Of a stretch of DNA of 64,000 nucleotides, positions 8,800-18,785 are shown one piece after another. Both the position numbers and the translations under genes were made by a program. The stretch is from the NCBI GenBank assembly GCA_046485285.1, contig JAWOHE010000089.1:1-64000 (forward strand), written 5' to 3'. Under the pieces are notes generated by a model that worked only from the letters and a program-made list of their open reading frames with translations, searched no databases and was not told the DNA's origin. Source of the DNA: a bacterium. GTDB taxonomy: Bacteria; Hydrothermota; Tepidihabitantia; Tepidihabitantales; Tepidihabitantaceae. The stretch's first letter is position 1; the number at the start of each line of letters is the position of its first letter.

Positions 8800-10068
8800 G
8801 TGAAAAAGGGTTCAGCCCCCGGGCCGGCGCGGGACGAGCGGCCGGTCGACCTGCTCATCGTCGGCGGCGGGGCGAGCGGGCTCGCCGCGGCCGCGGCCGG
8901 GACCCGGCTCGGGCTTTCGACGCTGGTGCTCGAGAAGACCGACCGTTGCGGGCACAAGCTCGCGCTGACTGGCGGCCGGAAGTGCAACTTCACCCACGCC
9001 GAGGAGCCCCGGCAGATGGCCGGCCGGTTCGACGCCGACCCGCGCCGGCTGATCCCGCTGTTCCGGCGCTTCCCGCACCAGCGCGTCACCGCGTTCTTTG
9101 CTGCGCTCGGCATCGCGGCACGGACTGACGAGCAGGGCCGTGTCTGGCCGCACGGCACCGACGGCCCGGGCCTGCGCGACCGGCTGGCCGCGGCCGGCGG
9201 CCGGGTACTGACCAGCGTGCGGGTCTCCGGCCTGCGCGCGGAGCCGGGCGGCTGGCGCGCGCTCACCGACGCGGGCGAAATCCCCGGCCGCAACCTCCTG
9301 CTCGCGACCGGCGGGGCGAGTCATCCGCACACCGGCTCGAGCGGGGACGGGCTCGTGCTCTGCCGGGAGCTCGGGCTCGCGGTGACCGGCTGGTTCCCGG
9401 CGCTCTGCTCGCTCCGGCCGGCTCGGCCGGTCGCGCACCTCGCCGGCAACGCCCGGCGGGAGGTGGGGATGACGCTCGAGGTCGGGGGCCGGGTCGCGCG
9501 CCGTGCGCGCGGGCACTTCCTGTTCGCCCGCGAGTACGTCACCGGCTCGGCGATTCTCAACCTGTCCGGCTACGCGGCCCGGGCGCTGGCCGAGGGCCGG
9601 GAGGTCGCGCTGGTCGCGGACTGGCGGCCCGGGCTGGACCCGGAGGAACTGCGCCGGGAGTTCGAGGAAACGCGGGCGCGCCACGGCCGGCGCCAGGTCG
9701 CGAACGCGCTCGCCGCGAACCTGTCGCACCGGTTCGCGCTTGACCTCTGCGCGCGGTGCGGCGTGCCGCGCGACCGGGTGCTGGCGGACCTGACCCGGCC
9801 CGAGCGCGAGCGCGTGCTTCGCGAGCTCAAGGCGACCCGGTTCGAAATCACCGGCACCGAGCCGATCGAGCGGGCGACGGTCACCGGCGGCGGGCTCAGC
9901 CTTGACGAGGTCGACCTCCTGACCGGCCGGGTGCGGCGACTGCCCGGGCTGTACGCGGGCGGGGAGTTGCTCGACACCTGGGCCGAGACCGGCGGCTACA
10001 ACCTGCACTTCGCGTGGGCGACCGGCTTCGCGGCCGCGGAGGCGGTCGCGGGAAAGGAACTCGAGTGA
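8800..10068 (+). CDS. HI0933-family FAD-dependent oxidoreductase
   Basis: GGGASG, KLALTGGRKCNFT, ATGGAS.P.TGS.GDG, TGGYNL..AW.TG. Confidence 0.92.
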   Translation: MKKGSAPGPARDERPVDLLIVGGGASGLAAAAAGTRLGLSTLVLEKTDRCGHKLALTGGRKCNFTHAEEPRQMAGRFDADPRRLIPLFRRFPHQRVTAFFAALGIAARTDEQGRVWPHGTDGPGLRDRLAAAGGRVLTSVRVSGLRAEPGGWRALTDAGEIPGRNLLLATGGASHPHTGSSGDGLVLCRELGLAVTGWFPALCSLRPARPVAHLAGNARREVGMTLEVGGRVARRARGHFLFAREYVTGSAILNLSGYAARALAEGREVALVADWRPGLDPEELRREFEETRARHGRRQVANALAANLSHRFALDLCARCGVPRDRVLADLTRPERERVLRELKATRFEITGTEPIERATVTGGGLSLDEVDLLTGRVRRLPGLYAGGELLDTWAETGGYNLHFAWATGFAAAEAVAGKELE

Positions 10069-10135
10069 GGGCAGGAATGAGAAACTCTCGACGAGGCGCG
10101 AAGGACAGGACGAAGACGGGCGCGAGATTCGGGCA

Positions 10136-10585
10136 GTGAAGGCAGTAGTCAGTGGGGCAAAGCCGGGCGGCAAAAATCGGCGTGCGGCCTACGTGCTGGT
10201 GCTGCGCAATCCGGCCCGGCGGCGGGTGCGGGTCGGCGGGCTGGGCCTGCTCGAGTTCCCCCCCGGATTCTATCTCTACGTCGGGTCGGGCGGGCTGAAC
10301 GCGGTGCGCCGGGTCCAGCGCCACCTCGCGCCGGACAAGCCGGTCCGCTGGCACGCCGACTACCTGACGACCGGGCCGCGCCGGATGTGGCCGGTGGACG
10401 CGTTCATCCTGCCGGGCCGGGCCGAGTGCGAACTCGCGCGCCGGCTCGGGGGCAGGCTCGATGCCGTGCCGGGTTTCGGCTCGTCCGACTGCCGGTGCGC
10501 CGGGCACCTGTATCACGCGCCGGACGGCCGCGGGCTGGAACGGGCGCTGGCAGGGCTGGCCACCCAGGCCGCGGATTCAGGCTAG
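10136..10585 (+). CDS. DUF123 / GIY-YIG family protein
   Basis: G.YLYVGS, RWHADYL, ECELA, GFGSSDCRC.GHL; start codon uncertain. Confidence 0.85.
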   Translation: MKAVVSGAKPGGKNRRAAYVLVLRNPARRRVRVGGLGLLEFPPGFYLYVGSGGLNAVRRVQRHLAPDKPVRWHADYLTTGPRRMWPVDAFILPGRAECELARRLGGRLDAVPGFGSSDCRCAGHLYHAPDGRGLERALAGLATQAADSG

Positions 10586-10645
10586 ACCTTGCCCCGGACA
10601 TTTGCTAGGATGTCCCCGGCTTTCGGATGAGGCCGACGTCAACAG

Positions 10646-11476
10646 ATGGCACGCAACAGGAAGAAGAAGAACAACCGCGCGCCTGACCCCAGCGCGCTGG
10701 TCGCCGCCGCCGACAGGTGGCGGCCGGCGCCGATCGGGCCGCGTTTCGAGTGGCTCGACCACGACCGCATCGCGATGGAAACCGGGCCGCTGGCCGGCAG
10801 GCAGTTCGAGGTGACCACCGAGATCGAGGCCGACCGCGCGGCGGTCTTCCTCGCCGAGCAGGACCAGCGGGTCGGCCAGTGCCTGATCGAGCGCAAGCCG
10901 CCGGGCCGGGGCGTCGAACTCTGGGATATCGGGGTCCGGCCGCACCTGCGGCGGGGCGGGCTGTGCGCGGTGATGACCTGGGTCGGCTTCCGCGAGCTCA
11001 TCGCGATCCAGCAACAGGCCAGCTTCAGCATACGGATGGTGACCTCGGTCCGCCCGGGCGAGCAGACCCAGGTCCAGAACATCGGCATCTGCGTCGTCGG
11101 CAGCCGGCTAGGGCTGACCAGCGACTTCAACGCCGAGAAGCTGCTCGGCGACAACAACCTCGTCGGCCGCGAGATAATCCCGGCCCGGGACGGGTTCCCG
11201 CCCGGGCTCAAGGTGACGATCCGCAAGTACCCGCTCGTGCTGATCGCGGTCGCACTCGACCCGGACACGCACCGGCCGGCGACCTCGTTCCGGCTCTATC
11301 AGCAGCTCGAGCAGGACCCGGGCCTGATGCGCGAGTGGGCGCGGGACGGCCTGCTCGTCCTGAGCAACGGCAACTACTCGCTGCGCGCGGGCGGGGTGGA
11401 CCGGTTCGTCAACGCGCTGGCGCTCGACCCGGAAGAGGCGGTGGACTTCCACCGGCGCATCGTGCCGCTGCCCTGA
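10646..11476 (+). CDS. Hypothetical protein with GNAT-like motif (paralog 1)
   Basis: VELWDIGVRPHLRRGGL; highly similar to 11586-12455. Confidence 0.75.
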   Translation: MARNRKKKNNRAPDPSALVAAADRWRPAPIGPRFEWLDHDRIAMETGPLAGRQFEVTTEIEADRAAVFLAEQDQRVGQCLIERKPPGRGVELWDIGVRPHLRRGGLCAVMTWVGFRELIAIQQQASFSIRMVTSVRPGEQTQVQNIGICVVGSRLGLTSDFNAEKLLGDNNLVGREIIPARDGFPPGLKVTIRKYPLVLIAVALDPDTHRPATSFRLYQQLEQDPGLMREWARDGLLVLSNGNYSLRAGGVDRFVNALALDPEEAVDFHRRIVPLP

Positions 11477-11585
11477 CCGCGGCGCGACAGCCTGAGCCGT
11501 CCGGGGCAATTTTCCGCTTGACCCCCCCCCGGGGGTTCGGGTACTATGCAAACGGCTCCCAGTGAGGGGGAGCCGCACCTAATCG

Positions 11586-12455
11586 ATGGCACGAACTGAC
11601 AGAGAGACGCACCGGCGTGCGCCCGGCCCGGGCGTGCCGGACGTTGCCGCCGGGAGCTGGCGGCCGTCGCCGATCGGGCCGGTGTTCGACTGGCTCGACC
11701 GCAACACCATCGCGGTCGGCACCGGCGCGCTGGCCGGCCGGCACTTCGAAGTGACAACCGACGTGCGCGCCGAAGGCGCGTCGGTCAGCGTTGCCGAGGC
11801 CGAAGTCGAGACCGACAGCGGGAAGGCCTACGCCATCGAGCGGCGCAGGCTGGTCGGCCAGTCCCTCATCGAGCGCACGCAGGGCCGGCGCGTTGAGCTC
11901 TGGGACGCCTGGGTCCATCCCGGCCTGCGGCGGGGCGGGCTGTTCTCGCTGATGATGTGGGTCGTCCTCCGCGAGCTCCTGACGGTCCAGAAGAAGGCCA
12001 GCTTCCGGATGCGGATGACAACCTCGGTCCGGCCCGACGCCCAGGTCCTGCTCCAGGGCATCGGTGCCTGCATCGTCGGCCACCGGCTCGGGCTGACCTG
12101 CGACTTCGCCGCCGAGACCGTTCTCGCCGGCGACAACCTCGTCGCGAGCGAGATAGTCCCGGCCCGGGACGACGCTCCGCCCGGGCTCAGGCTGACGATC
12201 CGGAGCTACCCGCAGGTGTTGGTCGCGGTCGCGCTCGACCCGGACACCGAGCGGCCCTCGACCTCGCCCCGGTTCTACCTGCAGCTCAAGCAGGACCCGG
12301 ACCTGATCCGAGACTGGGCCCAGCGCGGCCTGCTCGTCCTGAGCAACGGCAGCTACTCGCTGCGCGAGGGCGGGGTGAGCCGGTTCGTCAGCGCGCTGGC
12401 ACTCGATGCCGACGAGGCCGCGGACTTCTACCGGCGCATCGTGCCGCTGACCTGA
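11586..12455 (+). CDS. Hypothetical protein with GNAT-like motif (paralog 2)
   Basis: VELWDAWVHPGLRRGGL; shared LLVLSNG.YSLR.GGV..FV.ALALD...RRIVPL. Confidence 0.75.
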   Translation: MARTDRETHRRAPGPGVPDVAAGSWRPSPIGPVFDWLDRNTIAVGTGALAGRHFEVTTDVRAEGASVSVAEAEVETDSGKAYAIERRRLVGQSLIERTQGRRVELWDAWVHPGLRRGGLFSLMMWVVLRELLTVQKKASFRMRMTTSVRPDAQVLLQGIGACIVGHRLGLTCDFAAETVLAGDNLVASEIVPARDDAPPGLRLTIRSYPQVLVAVALDPDTERPSTSPRFYLQLKQDPDLIRDWAQRGLLVLSNGSYSLREGGVSRFVSALALDADEAADFYRRIVPLT

Positions 12456-12473
12456 CCGTGGCGCCCGGCCGGT

Positions 12474-13814
12474 TCAGCGGGTGACGACGAGCTTGAGCCG
12501 GTAGCGTTCGGAGCGGTCGAGTTCAAGCTCGGCGAAGAACACCCCGGCCGGGAAAGCGCCCAGGGTCCACTCGTGGCCGCCGCCGGCGAGCCGGCCCGCG
12601 GCCGGTCGCGCGACGACCCGGCCCGCGGCGTCTACCACCCGCAGGCTGACCTCGGCCGGCCGGGTCAGCCCGAAGCCGAGCCGGACCGGGCCCCGGCCCG
12701 GGTTGGACGCGGCCCGGAGCGGTGCGGCGAGCGCGAACGGCATCTCGGCGACGCCGACGCCGTTCCGAGTCCGGACCGACATCGAGTCGACGGTCGTGTT
12801 GCCGGTGTGGTCCGCCGCCCGGACGAGCACCCAGTAGGTCGTGTCGCCGACCTCGGCGGTGTTCCAGTTGCCGCTGACGTCCGAGGACTCGATGACCGAG
12901 TCGCCGTCGGTGTTGGTGACGATGAAGAAGTAGGCGCGGCGGTCGTAGTCGCCGCGCGAGCGGCAGGTGTTGTCGTACTTGTAGATGACGCCGACGTCGG
13001 AGGCGAGGAGCGAGTTCGAGAACTCGACCGAGAGGGTCCAGGGTCGGACGACCGCGCCGTCCGCGCGCCGTATGGCGTGCTCGATGCGGAAGGGCGCGAG
13101 CTTGTCCCAGGTCGTGTCGCCGGTCGTGTAGCCGCTCTTGTCGTAGACCCGGGCGATGATGTCGACCGCGCCGACGAGGCTGTCAGGCGGGAGGTAGCTG
13201 TTGTTGACGTTGTCGCGGCAGAAGGCGAAACGCTGGCCGGTGCGGGCGTTCTCGAACACCGGCGGCTCGAGGTCGCCGGACGGCTCGAGCTGGAGGAGCG
13301 GGTTCTCGATGAACCACCAGGTGTAGTCCGGGAACCGGTTCCAGTAGGCGCCGGTGTCGGAGATGCGGGCGAAGTGGATGTGGTCGAAGCCCTCGACCGG
13401 CCAGTAGACGAGGTAGCCGATGGTATCGCCCGGGAACACCTCGTCGCCGACGCTCTTGTGAGGCCGGTCCGGGTCGATGTGCGCGTAGAGCCAGCCCGGC
13501 GCGCGGCCGGCCCAGCTCACTGGCGAGTCGGAGATGGCAAGCCGCCAGTGCAGGTCCTGCTGGATCGTGCCCCAGCCCTTGACCCAGCCGTGGCCGACCG
13601 CGACGACGGTCGCGTTGCTGCGGCCCGGGGTGATGATGTCGATGCCGTTGTGGAAGTAGCCGCTGCCGGCGCTCGAGCCGTAGTTCTGGTAGTTGCCCCA
13701 GTTGTTGCCGAGCGGCTGGACCGCGGTGTTGGGGACGACCGGCCAGATTGTCGCCGCGGCCGGCGCGGCGAGCAGGAGCAGGACCGACAGGACCACGATG
13801 GAATGGGTTTTCAC
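12474..13814 (-). CDS. Secreted M23-like peptidase with T9SS/FlgD-like C-terminal domain
   Basis: Signal peptide, FHNGIDI (HxxxD), LYAH, DHIHF (HxH), C-terminal NPGRG...G.FF..L...KLVV; GGAGG RBS before GTG 13814. Confidence 0.85.
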   Translation of the reverse strand: MKTHSIVVLSVLLLLAAPAAATIWPVVPNTAVQPLGNNWGNYQNYGSSAGSGYFHNGIDIITPGRSNATVVAVGHGWVKGWGTIQQDLHWRLAISDSPVSWAGRAPGWLYAHIDPDRPHKSVGDEVFPGDTIGYLVYWPVEGFDHIHFARISDTGAYWNRFPDYTWWFIENPLLQLEPSGDLEPPVFENARTGQRFAFCRDNVNNSYLPPDSLVGAVDIIARVYDKSGYTTGDTTWDKLAPFRIEHAIRRADGAVVRPWTLSVEFSNSLLASDVGVIYKYDNTCRSRGDYDRRAYFFIVTNTDGDSVIESSDVSGNWNTAEVGDTTYWVLVRAADHTGNTTVDSMSVRTRNGVGVAEMPFALAAPLRAASNPGRGPVRLGFGLTRPAEVSLRVVDAAGRVVARPAAGRLAGGGHEWTLGAFPAGVFFAELELDRSERYRLKLVVTR

Positions 13815-13959
13815 GGGTGCCTCCAATGGGGACAGTCCGGGCGCACACGAAACTCTAGTTTATCCTGCGGCAGGGTCAAACCGGTCGCGGCCGGCGCACC
13901 TCTCGACTCAGGTTCACCAGCCGCCCTGAGTTGTCAATGCCTCCGAGCCGCTTCGGCCC

Positions 13960-14070
13960 TTATCCCCAGCCCCACCCACGGAGCGGCCTCGGGGGGCGGC
14001 TCCGGGGACGGGGGAGGGGGAAATTCGGGCAGGAGACAAGCGTTACAGGACTAGCAGGTTACGGCGTCTG
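13960..14070. repeat. Intergenic G/C-tract element with ~12-bp period
   Basis: cccacggagcgg cctcggggggcg gctccggggacg; shares tcgggcaggagac with the reverse strand at ~37420-37435. Confidence 0.35.
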
Positions 14071-14238
14071 GCGGCCGAGACGCCGCTTTGGCTCATGCTC
14101 AACTGCCCTTACCGAAATTCGGCGCGACGAGGTCCGGCCGCGATGCGGGCAGTACCCGGGCAAAACGGCCGGGTCGGGCAGGGTGGGCTGGGCCGGACAG
14201 GGCGCGGGGGAGAAGTGCGTGTGTCAGGTTCGACTCTG

Positions 14239-15723
14239 CTAGCGCCGCGCCAACTCGGCCCTGAGCGCCCTGATTTCTGATTCCTGGGCTGTGAGCCGTT
14301 CATACAGCGCCTGGATGGCGGCGAGCGAGACGCCGATTGCGTCCATGTTGTTGATGCTGACGTCGTTCTCCCCGAAGCCGAACGCAGCGTGGAAGTCCTG
14401 CGCGACCGGCCCGATATGCCGCGTGCCGTCGTGCTGAGTCTTCATCCGGTAGTCGTGCATTGGCATCGCGGCCAGCTTCTCGAGCAGTTCGCGCCGGTCA
14501 ACCTCGCGGAAGTCGGTCTTGTTGGCCGAGTCACAGGCCGAGGCCCAGGAGTTCGACCCGGCCGCGAGATATGTGCCGGTCGTACTCCCGGCATCTGAAA
14601 AGAACCACGTGCCGCCCTGGGCGCGCACGCGCCACTGGTTGGCCCCGGTAGTGTACACCGAGTCGTTTGCCTCGGAGATGTCGGCCCAGATGAAACTGCC
14701 GTCGTGATTCGCCCGGCCGAAACTGCCGGCCGCGAGACTGCGCTGTCCGCGTGCCGCATTGTTACTGCCGCCCGGGACCGCGGCATCGTCTCCGGCCGCC
14801 AGGTTGCCCGAACCGCCCGACACCGTTGACTTGGAGCCGCTGGCAACGTTGTCGAGGCCGCCGCCGACCGCTGAGCAGTAGCCGCTCGCGACCACGAACT
14901 TGCCGCCGGCCACCGTGGCGTTGGCCGCACTGGCGGTATTATGCCGACCGCCGCCGACCGTCGCATGCGAGTATGTCGCGGCGTTCGCGCCTCCGCCCGA
15001 AACCGTTGCATGGCTGGCCGTCGCCCGATTGCCCGCGCCGCCGGCCACCGTGGCGCCCTCGTCCGCCGCGCCATTCGCATACCCGCCGCTTACCGTGCAG
15101 AAAGGCCAGTCCCAACGCGCGGTGCCGGTGGTACACGCGACACCAAGATTGGCATGGGTGAACCGACGTTCGCCCCAGAGCTCGTTCTCGGCGCCGCCCC
15201 GCGCGATGCCCAGAAGCCTGGTCGTGAACAGTACGCTGTCCGGTCGCGCGCGCGACCAGGCCGAGTCCGCGTTCCCGGCCGCAAGTGCGTGCCCCGCCGT
15301 CTCCGCCTTGAACGCGTATGCCGCGCTACCCAGCCTCAGCCGGGGCGCAAGCTCCACCCCGCCCGCGACCGCCATCCCGAGGTACGCCGCACCCGCGTCC
15401 GGCACCGCTGCGATCGGCGTCACCGACCCGAGCAGGACCGAGAACAGCCCGTCCTTCGTCGTCACGGCTTGCGTCTCGTTCCAGAACGAACTCCCGCCCG
15501 AAGGCTTGCTGTAGAGCCGGAAGACGACCGGGTACTCGCCGTCCGGCACCGGCACGCCGAGCGTGTCGGTCAACTGGCCCTGGTAGGAGAGTAACCTCGG
15601 TATCGTGATGGCATCCGGCGACCAGTCCGCGGAAGTCTGCCCGACACTGCCCTGGGTCTGGGTGATGGCCGCGCCGGCGACCCCGGCCAGCGCGCAGAGC
15701 GCGATGATGAGCGACACTCTCAC
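14239..15723 (-). CDS. Secreted fibre-like protein with Gly-rich repeats and C-terminal peptidase S74/ICA chaperone domain
   Basis: Signal peptide, LSYQG.LTD..G.PVPDG, ATV.GG..N.A repeats, RHIGPVAQDF..AFG.G. Confidence 0.85.
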   Translation of the reverse strand: MRVSLIIALCALAGVAGAAITQTQGSVGQTSADWSPDAITIPRLLSYQGQLTDTLGVPVPDGEYPVVFRLYSKPSGGSSFWNETQAVTTKDGLFSVLLGSVTPIAAVPDAGAAYLGMAVAGGVELAPRLRLGSAAYAFKAETAGHALAAGNADSAWSRARPDSVLFTTRLLGIARGGAENELWGERRFTHANLGVACTTGTARWDWPFCTVSGGYANGAADEGATVAGGAGNRATASHATVSGGGANAATYSHATVGGGRHNTASAANATVAGGKFVVASGYCSAVGGGLDNVASGSKSTVSGGSGNLAAGDDAAVPGGSNNAARGQRSLAAGSFGRANHDGSFIWADISEANDSVYTTGANQWRVRAQGGTWFFSDAGSTTGTYLAAGSNSWASACDSANKTDFREVDRRELLEKLAAMPMHDYRMKTQHDGTRHIGPVAQDFHAAFGFGENDVSINNMDAIGVSLAAIQALYERLTAQESEIRALRAELARR

Positions 15724-15858
15724 TGCTGCCTCCTGTATTCGCGAACCCGCCGCGGAGCGAACGCCGCGATGGGACATTGTAGGTCTGCCCCCGGCCGCGT
15801 GTCAATCGAAAGCCGGGCGGCCCGCCAGCCGGCGGGCCGCCCGGAGTCGTCCCTGCGC

Positions 15859-16401
15859 CTAGCGAGCGAGGACCAGCTTCTGCGTCGTCCGGGTCTCGCC
15901 CGCCGCGAACCGGCAGAAGTATACGCCGTTGGCCAGCTCCCGGCCCGCGTCGTCCTCGCCACGCCAGTCCACGGAGTACCGGCCCGCCGGCCGCACCCCG
16001 CTCGCCAGCACCCGCACCTGCCGGCCACTGAGGTCGTGCACCGTCACGCTCACCGGGCCGGCGGCCCCGAGCGCGTAGCGCACGACTGTCCCGGCCCGGA
16101 ACGGGTTGGGCGCGATTGCCTCGAGCCGGGTCTCAAGCCCCCGGGAGAGGGCCGGGCCTTCCCGGTCGAGGATGCCGACCTCCGCGTCCGCCTGCCAGAA
16201 GCCGACGAACGCGTGGTACTGCGCGCCGGCCAGCGCGCCGGCCGCGGTCTGGCCCGCGGTCGCGCCGACCCGGTACGCCGTCCCGGTCATCGTTCCCCCG
16301 CCCGACCCGACCACCGCCCAGTCACAGCGGTAGGGCTGGGCGAAGAGGCCCGAGCCACAGAGCGCGCAGAGCGCGACAAGGATGCACTTCAGGTTCCACA
16401 C
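15859..16401 (-). CDS. Small secreted protein with T9SS/FlgD-like C-terminal domain
   Basis: Signal peptide, GSGGG..T.GQ..GFW N-domain, PNPF...WRGEDDAGRELANGVYF..KLVL. Confidence 0.85.
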   Translation of the reverse strand: MWNLKCILVALCALCGSGLFAQPYRCDWAVVGSGGGTMTGTAYRVGATAGQTAAGALAGAQYHAFVGFWQADAEVGILDREGPALSRGLETRLEAIAPNPFRAGTVVRYALGAAGPVSVTVHDLSGRQVRVLASGVRPAGRYSVDWRGEDDAGRELANGVYFCRFAAGETRTTQKLVLAR

Positions 16402-16403
16402 GG

Positions 16404-18347
16404 CTACCTCCGCGACAGCTCGGCCTTGAGCGCCTCGAGCTCGGCGTGCAGGGCCCGGTTGTCCTCATACAGCGCCTGGACCGCGGCGAAGAGAACGCCG
16501 TCGGCGTCGGCCGTGTTGATGCCGAGATTGCCCTCGCCGTAGCCGAACGCGGCCGAGAAGTCCTCGGCGGCCGGGCCGATGTGGCGGGTGCCGTCGGCCT
16601 GGTCTTTCAGCTTGTAGTCCTGTACGCGCAACGCCGCAACCTTCTCCAGCAGTGCTCTGCGGTCCACCGGCCGGAAGTCTTCCGCAGCGAGTGAGCCGAT
16701 TCCGGTCCAGGAGTTCGCGCCGGGCGCGAGGTACACGCCGGTCGTTTTACTGAGGTTAGTGAAGAACCACGTCCCACCCTTGGCACGGACGCGGAACTGG
16801 CTGGCGCCGGTCGTATGGAGCGAGTCGACCGCGTCGTCATTCCAGACAAACGAGTAGTCGTGGTGTGCCCGTGCCCGCGCGCCGGCCGCGAAGCTGGCTG
16901 AGCCCCCTGCTAGGTTGCCATAGCCACCGGGCACGGTCGCGACGCCGCCGATCGCGTGATTGCCGGTCCCGCCACCGACGGCCGCGCCCTCGGCTTCGGC
17001 GGAGTTGAACTGGCCGCCGGCGACACAGGCGGACCGGGCGCTGGCGGTGTTGCCGTCGCCGCCGCCGACCGTGCTATGATTGCCTGAGGCGGTGTTGCCG
17101 CCGCCGCCGCCGACCGTGGCACAGAGTCCGCCGGCAACGATGAACTCACCGCCGCCGATTGTAGCGTACGCCCCGCTCGCGTTGTTGCTGCGCCCGCCAC
17201 CGACAAACGCATTCACGGCCCGGGCGGAGTTGTTGTAGCCGCCGGCGACGCACGCACCGGTGTCGGCTGCGGCACCGCCGCCGAGGTTGCTGTAGCCGGA
17301 CAGCGCCGCACCGTAGACCGCCTTGGCCGTATCCGAGTGCCCGCCGCCGACCGTCGCGTAGGTCGCGCTGGCGCTGTTCTGGTAGCCGCCGGCAACGGTG
17401 GTGTAGGGCATTGTCGCGGTGTTGCCGCTGCCCCCGCCGATGAGGGCATAGGCACCGCTCGCGATGCAGTTGCCGCCGCCGCCGACCGTCGCACCGCCGG
17501 CGCCCGCGACGTTGCGGTAGCCGCCGCCGACCGTGGCGTAGAAGTAGTTCTGCCCGCTCGTCCCGGTCGTGCAGGAGACGCCGAGGTTGGTATGCGTGTA
17601 GCGGTTGGTGCCGTGGAGGATGTTTGCCGCCGCGCCGCGGGCGATACCGAGCTGGCCGGCCGTGTAGAGGACGCTGTCCGCGCGCGTCCAGGCGTTGTCG
17701 CCGGCGCCCACGCTGTCGTTCCGCGGCGCCCAGACCGAGCCGGTCCATTTCAATACCTGCCCGGTCCCCGCGCCCATCTGGTTCAGGTCGGACGCGACGA
17801 TCGTGCCATTGACTATCATCGCCGAGGTCACCGAGCCCGCCTGGCCCTCGTTCACGTACCGCGCATCGAGCGCGGTCGTGTCCTTGCCCTGCAACCGGTC
17901 GGCACCGGCCGCGCGCTCGGCAAGGTAGGCGTAGGCGGCGCTGGCCATCCTCAGCCGCGGCGCGAGTTCGTCGGCCGTCCCGACCTGCAGGCCCAGGTAG
18001 AGCGCGCCGGTGTCGGGCAGTGACGGTATCGGCGTCACCGCGCCGGGCAGGGCAGCGAAGAGCCCGTTCCGCACCTGTACGGTCTGGGCTTCGGTCCAGA
18101 ACGCGCTGCCGCCCGACGGCACGCCGTAGAGCCGGAAGGTCAACTGGTAGTTGCCGTCCGGCACAGGCACGCCCAGCGTGTCGGTCAGTCGGCCCTGGTA
18201 GGAGAGCATTCGCGGAATCGTGACGGCATCGAGGCCGTCGCCGGCCGCCGAGGGCCGATTGGCGACTGCCGTCGGGGCGATCACCACGTCGCCGCCGGCG
18301 AGTGCCGCCAGACACAGGACTGCGAGCAGGACGCTTGTCGTTCGCAT
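16404..18347 (-). CDS. Second secreted Gly-rich fibre protein with S74-like C-terminus
   Basis: GAGGAGG RBS before ATG 18347; paralog of 14239-15723 with more repeats. Confidence 0.85.
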   Translation of the reverse strand: MRTTSVLLAVLCLAALAGGDVVIAPTAVANRPSAAGDGLDAVTIPRMLSYQGRLTDTLGVPVPDGNYQLTFRLYGVPSGGSAFWTEAQTVQVRNGLFAALPGAVTPIPSLPDTGALYLGLQVGTADELAPRLRMASAAYAYLAERAAGADRLQGKDTTALDARYVNEGQAGSVTSAMIVNGTIVASDLNQMGAGTGQVLKWTGSVWAPRNDSVGAGDNAWTRADSVLYTAGQLGIARGAAANILHGTNRYTHTNLGVSCTTGTSGQNYFYATVGGGYRNVAGAGGATVGGGGNCIASGAYALIGGGSGNTATMPYTTVAGGYQNSASATYATVGGGHSDTAKAVYGAALSGYSNLGGGAAADTGACVAGGYNNSARAVNAFVGGGRSNNASGAYATIGGGEFIVAGGLCATVGGGGGNTASGNHSTVGGGDGNTASARSACVAGGQFNSAEAEGAAVGGGTGNHAIGGVATVPGGYGNLAGGSASFAAGARARAHHDYSFVWNDDAVDSLHTTGASQFRVRAKGGTWFFTNLSKTTGVYLAPGANSWTGIGSLAAEDFRPVDRRALLEKVAALRVQDYKLKDQADGTRHIGPAAEDFSAAFGYGEGNLGINTADADGVLFAAVQALYEDNRALHAELEALKAELSRR

Positions 18348-18785
18348 TGCTGCCTCCTCATCCTTACACTGAAGCTCGCCCCAGGCTCGGGCAGGCGCGC
18401 CGGGCACCGAGTGCCTCCGACCGCGCCCGGGGAAGCCAAAGAATCCCCGACCTCGCGCCCCATCGACGCGTGGTCTCCGTCCGGGCAGGGACTCTGCGGC
18501 CAGAATAAGGTGAGGCGGGCGGGCTGTCAAGTCAAACCTCGGCCTGCCGCGCCGGCGCTCCGGGCGGAGACGCGGACGGCTCCCGGGGAAGCCGCCAGCC
18601 CGGCGGTCGGGCCGGGCGCGAGGACGCGAGGGCGGAAGCAGGCGTCTGCCGTCAGGAGACAGACCGGGACGGAGCGGAAGGACCGGGCTCTCGCCACTCC
18701 GGACCCGGGGGCAGTTGCCCGGGATGAACGGGCATGGTCGCGTTGACTTGACTTCCGGGGCAGTGGGGCATATCCTCCACGCCTG

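Noticed and set aside
10646-12455. Diversity-generating retroelement template/variable pair
   Set aside because: Differences are not adenine-specific and no reverse transcriptase is present
14239-18347. Prophage suggested by tail-fibre-like domains
   Set aside because: Proteins have signal peptides and no capsid, terminase or integrase genes are nearby
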